Made by a program: the position numbers and the translations under genes. From assembly GCA_000182565.2 (NCBI GenBank), contig KQ257457.1: a DNA stretch of 20,000 bases; one strand, 5' to 3'. Numbering within the stretch: position 1 is the first letter of the stretch; each line of letters opens with the position of its first letter. This stretch comes from Spizellomyces punctatus DAOM BR117. Lineage: Eukaryota. The notes under the pieces are model-generated. The model was given only the letters and a program-made list of their open reading frames with translations, was not told where the DNA came from and ran no database searches. Below are positions 9,464 to 20,000 of this stretch, in pieces.

Positions 9464-12400
9464 ATGGGCGAGACAAACGAAAGCAACTCGGCGTCTGCTC
9501 CAATGCTTCGCAAGGAACTTCGTCGCCCATTCTTGTCCAATGTCTTTCTCTCCTGGATCGACCCGTTCGTGAGACTGGGATATAAGAAGGCGCTTGATGA
9601 ACAGGTTTGCCTTGATTATACTTGCTAACGATATAATACCGCTATTTCTTACCGCAGTCTTCATCGTAGGATCTTGGCTCACTTCCGAAAAGCCAGCAGG
9701 GTTTGTGCAATTGATCTTTGTTACGTTCATGTCGCTCGGTGGATCTGTTCGAATTGATTTTGTCTGTGATGCTAGCCGTCTCAGTCGCTAACGACCTCAG
9801 TAGTTTCTGGGAGCAGTACAAACGTTATACGGACCCTTTCGAAAATACTTTATGCACGCCACCAAGCCTCACGAAGTCGCTCGCTCTTCTCTACGCACCA
9901 AGATTGTAAGCCGTACAGCAACACCTTGCACACCCTGTACCTGTAGTAATCTATTCATGCTCATCACAGGGTATTGATTGCCCTCCTCCGTGCGATTGCT
10001 CTTGTCATCACTCTCGGGCTTCCTTTTGTCATGATTCCGCAAGTGTTGCAATATGTGAATCCTCAACCTGATGGCCCCAAGCTTTTCGTCGAATCTGGTG
10101 TTGCGATTGCATTCATTTTGTGCGCCCTCCAACTCGTCTTATCCCTGTGCTCAAATGGGGTACAAATGCTCGGGCTCGACCTTACTGTGGAAGCGACCGC
10201 AGTTTTGACTGATGCATTGTATGAGAAAACTCTTCGCCTCTCTCATAAAGCCCGCCTACAGTTCCCTGCTGGTCATATCATCACTCTCATCAATGCCGAT
10301 GTCACCAAAGTTGCTACGTACTCGAACTTCATTAATCCAATGTGGACTGCTCCGGTGCATATAATTGTGTGCTGCGTTTTGCTTGGGAAACTATTGGGTC
10401 AAGTGGTCTGGGTATCCATCGGCCTGTTTGCTATCTTCATTGGTCTGCAAACACCATTAGGCGCAGGCTTTGGGAAGGCCGTGGGGGGCTACATGAAATC
10501 CATGGATGCGCGTATCAAGCTCCTTCGCGAGTTCCTGTACGGTGGGTGTGTCTCCTGGTAGATGCCCGCTTTTGGTTGGTGTTTCTAAGCTTCTGCATAT
10601 GTGCTTTACAGGCGTCAAAGTAATCAAATACGCCGCTTGCGAAGACTACTTCTTTAAAAAGATTTCGGCAGCGCGCAAGATTCAGAATAAATCCTTCCGG
10701 TTGTTCTGTACGGTGATTTTCTGGCTAAGCAGCGTCAAGCAACTGCAGCAGGTCCTTGTGCCCGTCATCACGTTCGTCGTTTTCGCGGCAGTCGGAGGCG
10801 ATATGTCTGGTTCCGCTCCTTTCTCCGTGCTTGGTCTATTTTCCACCCTTGCCACTCCTTTCTCCGACATTACCGATGTAGTGGCGTGAGTATGCGATCA
10901 ATTCCTTAACATATATGATTTGATGATTTGACCCTGGATATTTGTTGGACAGAAATCTGAGTCAGTTCCTGGTGTCCATGCGACGCATTCAGTCATTGCT
11001 GCTTGCGGAGGAAGTCGAGCCATCACATCTCACGGGCCGCCTGGAGAAGGTTAAGAATATAGATGACGCAATTACGCTGCAAAATGCCTGTTTTTGCTGG
11101 GAATCGTCAAAGAACAGTGAGTCCGAAGCAGATGCAAAACCCCCATCGACTTTCCAACTACGAGATATGTCTATCAACATCCCGCGAGCCAGTTTAACCG
11201 CCATTGTAGGCGCTGTTGGAGCAGGAAAATCTTCTTTCTTTTCCGCTCTCGTGGGAGATATGCGTAGAACTGATGGCGAAGCCAATGCATATGGAACCAT
11301 GGCCTATTGTCCCCAAGAACCTTGGATTATAACCGGTACCATCAAGGAGAATATCCTCTTCAATTCGAATGTGACGGACGAACGGCTTTCGAATGCTTTC
11401 TCTGTGTGCCAGTTGAATCGTGATCTGCAATTGCTGTCACATGGTGTCGATACACAGATTGGGGAGAAAGGTGTTAATCTGTCTGGGGGTCAGAAAGCTC
11501 GAGTTGCGCTTGGTATGTGATCTCACGTTGGAAGACAGACGGATTTTTATGTCCTGGACTGAAAGTCTCATCGTTGATTTGCAGCACGTGCCGTATATCG
11601 AGATGCAGATATATACCTCTTGGACGATCCAATCGCGGCCTTGGATGCACATGTCAGCAAAGAAGTGTTCGAGAAAACCATTTGCGGAGCTCTGCGAGGA
11701 AAAACTGTTTTGCTAGCGACGCATCAGCTACATCTTTTGCCAGAAGTGGACCACATCATTGTTCTTGAGCATGGAAGGATAGTTCAAGCGGGCACGTTCC
11801 CGAATTTGATGAGCGACAAAAATGGATTGCTCGCTCAGATGATGAAAGATTTCCATGTCGCTGAGGTGACTGCCTATGAAGACGCAGAAGAAAACGATGA
11901 TGTAATCGAGACAAAAGATGAGCTAAATACGGCTCCAGCTACAACCCCATCTTCAAAGGCCCAAGGAATTGTTGCGGAGGAGCGTAAGAAGGTAAGAGAC
12001 GTTGCCTTACTGTGATTTTACCGAATGAGTCCGACAATGTCGCATCCGCCTTGTAGGGACAAGTAACGGGTGCCACAATTGTATCCTACTTTAAAGCCGG
12101 AGGAGGGATCCCTTTCGCCTTTAATGTCATTTGCTCTACCATTCTCCTCATCGTTGCAAGCAGTGCCGTGCTTCTATCTCTTTCGTGGTGGTCAACCAAT
12201 CGCTTTGGTTGGACTTCCTGGCAGTATATTGGATTTTACGCAGGGGTGGGCGTATTTTCCTCGGCCATGAGCAGTAAGTAGTTATGTTTGCAGAGTGCAC
12301 TATACCATGGTCTCTCTTACCGACACAACCACTTTCCAATCGTTGCAAAGTGTGTATGAGTGGAGCCATCGCTTATGGGGGTTATAAAGCGGGACGTGCA

Positions 12401-14108
12401 TTCCACCGATTGGCTATGAATGGTCTTTTACAGGCCCCTATGAGTTTTTTTGAAAGTCAGCCTGTCGGCAGGATTATAAGTCGCTTGACCACTGATGTTA
12501 AAGACGTGGTAAGTTCTGAATTTCTACTAAAAGTGGGCGCGACTAAATGCTTTTGCATTGGGCATGCAGGATCTTAATTTTCCAAATACATTTATCGACC
12601 TCTTTGCAACTGGCACAAATGTCATTTCCACCCTCATCGTTATTGTATATGCCAATCTCCTCTTACTCGGTGAGTGAAAGCAACCAAAAAAAGTTGCAGG
12701 ATCTAATTGTCTCTCCCAAATAGTTTTACTTGCGGTGCTAGCATTCTTGTACTTCCTTCTCTTCCGCTACTATCAATCAAGTTTCCGCGAACTAAAGCGC
12801 CTGCAATCTATCATGAGGTCACCGCTCAGTGCACATGTATCAGAAACGCTGAACGGACTCTCGACGATCATGGCGTATAAAGTACATGACAAATTCATTG
12901 CCAATCAACGTTCGAGGACGGATCAGAGTAATCTATCCACTCTTTTCTATAACGCGACTCGACTATGGTTTTTGTTAAGGCTTGAAATACTGTCAACGTC
13001 GGTTGTCTTGGTTTTGGTTTTGGTTGCTCCCTTGAAGATTACGGACTCTAGTACCATGGCTGTGTCTCTTACATCGGCCATCTCGCTTGGTTCCGTGCTC
13101 ATCCAGTTCTTTATCAATCTCGGGCGAGGCGAAGCGATGGTAGGTGAACTGAGTACGCAAGTAAAGGAAAAAGGGGCGGTCATATTGACGCTTTCCCTGT
13201 TTGTCTTCCCCCAGTTCAACGCTATCGAACGTCTCAACTACTACGCTAACGAATTACCCCGGGAGGCTCCTTCTGAGTTAGATAGTGATCCCAAAGGTTC
13301 CACTTGGCCATCCGCGGGAGCTATCGCTTTCAAATCCCTCCAACTAGGTTATGAATCACGCCCCGATCATCTTGTCATCAAGCACCTTGATCTCAGCATC
13401 AGACCCGGGGAGAAGATTGGCATTATTGGACGCACGGGATCAGGGAAATCCACTTTGGTGACTGCGTTGTTTAGGATCATAGAAGCGTCGGATGGCCTCA
13501 TCGAAATAGATGGCCGGGATATTGCTAGTGTAGGTTTGAGGACGCTGAGGAAGGGGTTGCAAATGATCCCGCAGGAACCGACGTTATTCTCCGGGACTTT
13601 TCGTAGTAACCTTGACCTGGAATCTCGTTATACGGATGAGCAGATGTGGCAAGCTCTAGACCTGATAGGTCTGAAAACCTACATCTCCTCTCTGCCGGAG
13701 AAACTGGATGCACCCCTTACAGAAGGCGGCAGTAACCTTTCTGTGGGACAACGTCAATTGCTTTGTCTCGCCAAGGCGATCCTGGCAAATGCAAAGGTGT
13801 TGGTGATGGATGAAGCAACTGCTGCAGTTGATGCGGATGCGGATAAGAGGATCCAGCAATCGATCGCAACCACTTTTAAGGACACGACTGTGATCAGTAT
13901 AGCGCACCGTCTCAATACAATTGCTGGCTTTGATCGGGTGCTGGTGTTGGATGAGGGGAAAGCGGTCGAGTGCGATGCTCCCTGGACATTATTGGAAAGG
14001 AAGGGGTCAGTGTTTGCGGAGCTGGTCGAGGCTACAGGATCTGCGAATGCCACAGCGGTGAGAGAAATTTCACATGCTGCATTCCAACAATTGGGGTCAA
14101 AAAGATAG
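9464..14108 (+). CDS. ABCC (MRP/YOR1-like) full-length ABC exporter, TMD1-NBD1-TMD2-NBD2, no TMD0
   Basis: ATG at 9464, MGETNES...PFLSNVFLSWIDPFVRLGYKKALDEQD (ABCC N-terminal lasso-type motif). Introns at 9605-9669, 9701-9775, 9906-9969, 10542-10611, 10886-10952, 11513-11584, 11992-12056, three more between ~12274 and ~12723, and 13140-13214. NBD1: GAVGAGKSS, LSGGQKAR, YLLDDP. TMD2: APMSFFESQPVGRIISR. NBD2: GRTGSGKS, LSVGQRQ, LVMDEATA, IAHRL. Stop TAG at 14108. Splices with no frameshift. Confidence 0.95.
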
Positions 14109-15350
14109 ATGGTGTGCAGCAAATAGAACAATATGGAACTCTGTATTGTGGGCAATGATTACGTCGTATGCCGGGGATACAATCTGCATTTTGCGTCGCA
14201 AACCCAATGGATGTGCGATGAATGCCAAGGGAACATGGTCCGATTTCCCAATAGCTCTTTAAACCCAGCAAGAACTGCCAATTTAGCGTGGAGTATTATA
14301 CTGAGCTTTTCTCAAGGTCAGCGTTGGCCAACTTTGGGGTTAGGGCAGAGGTACAGGTGTTGCACCATCTGATCTTTATGTCATCAGAATATGCGACCAT
14401 GTTACATCCTCTATCTGCGAAAAGGACCGGCTTTTCTTTTCCAAGCTGCGCTTTTATATTTCTCATCGTCTTTGGCGATTAACACGATCGGCTGACAGAA
14501 GCAGCAGGAACAGTGCTGCCATACCTGAAAGACTTTTAAAGAGTAAATGCAAAACATGACAATCAGCCCTCAACACCCGATCTTCGGCAGATTTTGGGAT
14601 GCAACGTTATATTTTACCAAAACCCAGAGGTCGCTTTACGTCTCCCCTTATATTGTTTGAAAGGTGGTCTGTCGATCGAACGTACCTCCTAAATATATTT
14701 CAGAAAACTTTGGCTGGGGTTTCCAAGAACGGGACTAGTCAACCAGAAATTATCTTAAAAGAAAGTACTTGTCGCTTAGATCCAGTCTGTGTTTTCCTGT
14801 TCTTTTTTTGCCGGAACTTTTTGAACCCCCTTTTTTATGCTCAGGAACTTTACTATAACCTTCTACAGTATATATCATATGTTTGGTGGCCCGTCCCCAG
14901 GGTTTCGCAAACTTTCAATCTATTCCAGTTCTCCCATCATCTCCTCAAGTCGCCTCGGCTTAGGTTCGATGCAAGGTGACTTTGGGCAGCATGTGCGAAG
15001 CCTCCCAAGAGCGTTTCTTAAATTCCCTTACTACTAGGCTAAAGTATCCTAATGCTGTGCTACGGAAACCTCGATATTTCCGAAATTCCTTTATCTAAGT
15101 AAGCTAAAGCAACCTGGCTACACTTGGAGCTCGCCTTATAATCAAAGTTCCAGCTCATCCCCACTGCTTCTTTGACATAACCTTTGCACAGCGCAACCTC
15201 ATAACATATCTCTTAATGACTGTCGCCTCTCATGATGTAAAGCAATACATTGACAGAAGATATCAAAAAGAAAAAAGCACCATATAACGAAACCATGTCC
15301 ACATATAGTCGCGATATCGCGCGTCCGCAAGACTGAACCTAGCATCTCAA

Positions 15351-18300
15351 TCAGCCGAACACATCCGTCGCATATCTGACCCCTTTCAATTCTTCAAACC
15401 ACTTCTGCGCCTCTTCCTCGCCAACCCCTTTCATCTCCCTATAGATCCTGATAAAGGTCTCCCTTACGCTCTTGGCTAACTTGCTCGCACTACCACATAC
15501 GTAGAACCTCGCACCGTCAATAAACATCTCCTTTAGCTCCTCACGGTCAGCATACATGGCTTCGTAGACGTATTTATGCTGTGTAGGACGATCGGGGTAT
15601 GAAGAAGGTGATGCTGGTGGTGTGGGAACACCGCTTCCACGTGAGAAACAGGGGCGGACTTGCACGGCGCCTAGTGCTGTCCACCGTTGAAGTTCGTCTC
15701 TGTATATGAAATCCTCCTCTGCATTACGGCAGCCAAAATAGAGTAAAGCTTTTCCTACCTCTCGACCACAGGCGACCATGGCCGCACGTTCCTGAATGAA
15801 ACCCCTCATTGGGCTGATCCCACTCCCCGTCGCGACCATGATAATAGGGACGGTGGGGTCTAGGGGCAAGTGAAATTCTGCGGCGGAAGGACGCACGAAG
15901 CAGGCAACCATCTCTCCCGGACTGGTACGAGAGAGATAGGTAGAGGCCACCCCGAGCTTTGTTTCGTGCCCCGAAATCGCGGGTGATTTCAGAACGTCAA
16001 TTGTTAAGGTCACATGAGAAGGGTTCCAGAGTGGCGAAGAGGAGATTGAGTATTGGCGCATTCGCATGGGTGGTAACATGGAGAGGAACTGGCCGAATTC
16101 CAATGGATGAGCAGGGTACAGTTCCAGTAGATCCAAAACCGACACGCGTTTGTTAAGGATCTCGGTATTGTAGTCTGCATCGTTGAAGCGACTAAAGGCA
16201 GATTGAAGCTCCGCAGGTGCAAGGAGACGAAGAGTGTCCAACTGGCGGCGGGTTGCCGGCTGATTTAGCTCGACGTAGCCGCCTAAAACGGTATGAACCG
16301 GAATAGGCAGATTGGTGGGCTTGGAAATGAACTACTCTCAGATGACAAGAGAGAAAAGAAAAAAGACGACTTGGGCCCGTACCAAAAAAGTCCTCTTTTC
16401 GGTCTTTATCATGATGTTGGCATCAACTGGGAGTTTAAAGCGATACAAAACTCGTTTAACGTCGTGGATCGGATTAACAGGCATTACCCCCAAGTAGTCG
16501 CCTAGCCACCAGCGCTATTAGCTAGGTCTAAATCGTTTATTAATGACGACAACAAACTCACCAGCACGATAAGTCATACCCTCGGGGAGTTTGATTTCTA
16601 AATGCCTTTTGGGCATCCCGCCGCATTTCAAGACGTTCGAGGTCAACTCTCGATTGTCAACTACAGCACCGTATTCAAATTTCTGGTGACTCAAGACCGT
16701 AGCTCTGTTGCTGCTCAACACTTGCACTTGGAACGTGGACGTTACGTTGGCCGCACTGCCCGCGTCAACATCATCGGCTGTAGAAGTTCCCTGAGTAGAC
16801 TTAGAACCCGCCCCGAACTTGTCTTGCATCATACACCAAAATTTGTTTTCCCATTCATCGAATTCGCCAAAAAAATCTCCAGCAGCGTCAGCACAGCCTC
16901 GATATAGTAGTCTCTCGGCCCCTACCAATGACGGGATGCATCTTAATAGTGGTATTCGAAAGTCTAATTTTCTTTATACGTCTCTTCGGCGTTCATTTCG
17001 CCCGGCACTCACCTTTTTCATGTAACGTCTCGTCGATCAATATGGGGATTCGTTGGTATGTTTGAGCCCAACCTGTGTGTCCACATCCAAAAACCGCGTA
17101 CTTAACCCCCTTTAGCGTATCTGAGACTGACGGACCAGTGAGCCAAGCCACAAACTGGCGGGCATTATCAGGGGGTTGGCCTTCGTAAGATGAGCAGATG
17201 ATTGCCACTGGATTTGTAGATAGGAGAGCCTCAGTTGCAGAGTCCAGTGTGGCCGTAGTGGCGGAAAAGCCATAGTTTGAAGCGTCAGAGGCCAGCCGAT
17301 CGGCAAAAGATTCACAAGAACCTGAACATAGAGTTATGGTAGAGTACAGTAGAATAGGTAATAATTTCTAGCGCAGGTGCGTACCAGCATTAGATCCAAA
17401 TAAAATGGTTAACTTCCGTTCTCCGCCTTTATCCTGAGATCCTGTGATGGTTTCCTTCAACAAGACCTCCGCCTCTTTAGCCGCCTTGTGCCCGACGATA
17501 TCAACCGATAAAGCCCTTGGCGCCCGTACATTCTTCCTCACTCTCGCCTTCATGTAAAAATCGTTAGGTTTGATTGTCAACGTCTGCCTGATCCTCAAAT
17601 CGTAAGCTGGGTCGGCCTTTTCCATATCAAACTTCTGCAAAATCATGGCGACGGTCAGCAAGCTCTCCTGCCAAGCGAACGAACGTCCGATGCAGGCCCT
17701 AAGACCACTGCCAAAAGGCTTCCACGAATTAGGCGGGAGTGCTTCGAACTTTCCCTCGAGCATGCGTTCAGGCCGGAATTCCTCAGCATCTTCTCCCCAC
17801 ACTTTGGAATCTCTATGGAGTTTTCCTATAATAACGCTAATAACATCATGTGCGCCTACTTCGTACTCGCCGTTCTTGAAGATGTAATTTGTCCGGCCTT
17901 CTGTCGCTTTGACCTTGCGTGTGAAGAAAGGCGCGGTTGGTTGCAAGCGCAGGGTTTCTTTCAGCACTGCGTCGATGTACGGGAGTTTGAAAATATGGTC
18001 AAGCGTAACGGGCTCGCCGCCCGTTACCTGGTCCACTTCAGATTGCGCCTTTTGTAGCGCGTAGGGATTGCTAAGTAGGTAATAAAATGCGAACGAGAGC
18101 AAACCGGACGTAGTTTCGTGCCCTGTGGCAACGAAGAGCGTGTAGCTTCATTCGTTATACTCTGCAAGGTACAGTCGAGGACATACCGGCAACTAAAAAT
18201 GTAACCATCTGAAAACGAATGTTTTCTTTGGACAACTGTTGGCCTGTTGCCTTGTCCCGACCTGAACCATTGATTGGTGACGAATACGTAACTGCATTCG

Positions 18301-19262
18301 TATCTAGTTAACCAGACATCTTTCTAGCAAGTATATTTACCGTTCAGCATCATGTTTAGCAAATCCTTAGCATCGGTGGGTTGCTCTCGTCTTGTCTTTA
18401 CAATCTGATCGCAAAGTTCGTGAATATACGCGATATCTTGGTGAAACTTACGCGTGGTACGAAACATAAGGCTTTGCTGGATAGGGACACGCTGCGAACG
18501 ATGGCCGGCTTCGAGGAGAACGTTTACCATGGCTTCAACAAAGGGGTGCTGCGGAAAAAGTAACACTCGATGGGACTAGCTATTGACGCATCACGGAAGC
18601 GTACAGAGACCCACCATTTCTTCGGTATAAAAAGAGTTGAACCGATAATCGAACGAACATAGAGCTAAGGTGTCGAGCGTCAATCTATATGGAAGAGTAA
18701 GTCCCAGCGTTATCATTGACCAAAGCCTAACCCACTTCCGCAACGTGCCTGGTGAAATCGTGAGCAGCATTGATCCTATAATCCTCTCCGAATCTTTCCC
18801 ACTTTAAAATCAGCTGGGAGGCAATGTCGTGCATGTTTGGAAAAAGCGATCTAAGCTTAGCCGGGCTGAAAGCTGGCATCAAAATCTGGTGCGCGAGCGC
18901 CCAATTCTGTATTATGGCAGTCAAATGAGCACCAGTCAGTTCACTTCTTTCCCTTGGACAAAGCCTTGTCTGCCACTTACAGGCTCATCGTTATAGGCTG
19001 TGAATAGCCCGTCCCCAAGTAAATTCCTGAGTTCAACCAATGCCCCTTGAACACCTTTGTCGAAGTTCTTTTCGTCGCACACCTCGTCCACCAATTCCTG
19101 GCTGCTAATGAAAATTTGCTTCCTTCCCACAATGTCTAGTCGGTAGATAGGTCCATATAAGTCCGCGAGACGTTCAAAGGAGCCCAGAGGAAACTCGGGA
19201 TCGATCTCGCCAACATTGCCGACCAAGAAAGCTGAAGGAGGTTGAGGAATCTTCTTGGGCAT
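15351..19262 (-). CDS. Self-sufficient cytochrome P450 / NADPH-P450 reductase fusion (CYP505 P450foxy / CYP102 BM3 type), probable fatty acid hydroxylase
   Basis: MPKKIPQP start, GDGLFTA, AHQILMPAF, TFLVAGHETTSG, ETLR, FRPERM, heme motif PFGSGLRACIG (~17718-17686). FMN domain FGSNAGSCE, SSYEGQPPDNA. FAD/NADPH domain RQYSISSS, GVASTYL, ATGSGISPMRGF, YFGCR, YVCG, end YATDVFG. Introns at 18980-18907, 18748-18685 (GC-AG), 18614-18549, 18340-18262, 18186-18123, 17384-17322, 17012-16922, 16561-16502 and 16382-16320 all join in phase. Confidence 0.96.
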
Positions 19263-19706
19263 AATTGGTAGCGTTCAGGAGAAAAGTGTAAGGCAACTGA
19301 AAAGATACTGCTTTTTTAAGAGGGTTCCATAGTCACCTTGAGGCCTTATTTGAGGCCCTCCACAAGTCGTGCACAACAAAATGGCAGTGTCGATTGGATG
19401 ACTCCCTTCTTCAGGGAATGGGCTGGTCATCGGAACGTGTCAGAGGATGGGGGCTTCATCTTCAAACCTCTACCGAATGATCTGCAGCAACCTTGATCAT
19501 GCTAATATCAAAGGTTGACGAATCTTATTTCCCCCATAGTTACATTAAAGGCCTCCTTATTGTACATCTTTTTGAGTAGACGGATCAGGTCAGGAAGAGT
19601 CTCGCCCGTCCTCACAATTTCAAGAGGACCTCTCAGTTCTATCGAATTATGTAATCAAAATGTTCGGTACCACATCATATGCGCCAAAAATACTGTTTAT
19701 ATAACA

Positions 19707-20000
19707 ATGCCAATGCCAGGCGCTCATAATTATCTTGCCACACCATCTGTGCCCAGAGGTTCTCAAGATGGACTTCCCCCGCAATCTTTCCCAACTAAAC
19801 AACGTTCAATGGACCTGGAATCAAATGTCAGCAGCCTGTAAGACGTACTGTGAAAGGGAATTTGGAGGCACGGCGTTTTACGACGAAATGGAGCATCGAC
19901 TAGCGGCATTTTTCCGAGGCAACCCGAATGCGGCTAGAGTCAATGGTGTTCGCACCTCTGGTAAGTTCACCATACCCGCAAGGAATATCGAGAGAATATG
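19707..20000 (+). CDS. Possible first exon(s) of an unidentified gene diverging from the P450 and running off the right edge
   Basis: ATG at 19707 (ACAATG context) is open up to a GTAAGA at ~19838. A second ATG at 19888 is open up to a strong donor GTAAGT at 19961. No recognisable homology. Confidence 0.2.

Noticed and set aside
9170..9585. ORFs 9170..9445, 9328..9585 and 9207..9530 as genes or the ABC start
   Set aside because: No recognisable homology. The ABCC N-terminal motif is in another frame starting at 9464.
15310..15321. 12-bp palindrome CGCGATATCGCG downstream of the P450 stop
   Set aside because: Short enough to arise by chance in 20 kb, with no supporting context.
14109..15350. 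Short ORFs in the convergent ABC/P450 intergenic region, such as 14599..14979
   Set aside because: Low-complexity translations with no motif or convincing exon structure; they look like UTR/terminator sequence.
1..20000. Prokaryotic operon, CRISPR array, RNA gene or intact transposon
   Set aside because: Spliceosomal introns run throughout. I saw no repeat-spacer array, tRNA/rRNA pattern, transposase or terminal repeats.

Overview
Eukaryotic, intron-rich DNA (introns mostly ~57-91 nt), most likely from a flagellated (zoosporic, chytrid-like) fungus: a fungal-type CYP505 P450-reductase fusion sits beside a piece of an axonemal dynein heavy chain. The supplied ORFs are mostly exon fragments, so genes were re-spliced by hand. 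Left to right: (1) the 5' 8.4 kb of a minus-strand multimodular NRPS (half-C, A, T, C, half-C, A, T, C, running off the left edge), with two apparent frameshifts and two modules that look different in origin; (2) an orphan 107-codon exon of an inner-arm dynein heavy chain, with both splice sites, in the divergent NRPS/ABC intergenic region; (3) an apparently intact short-form ABCC (MRP/YOR1-like) exporter on the plus strand; (4) an apparently intact self-sufficient P450 (CYP505/CYP102-like) on the minus strand, needing one GC-AG intron; (5) a possible 5' end of another gene at the right edge. Together these may form a secondary-metabolite cluster. All assignments come from motif recognition by eye; no searches were run.
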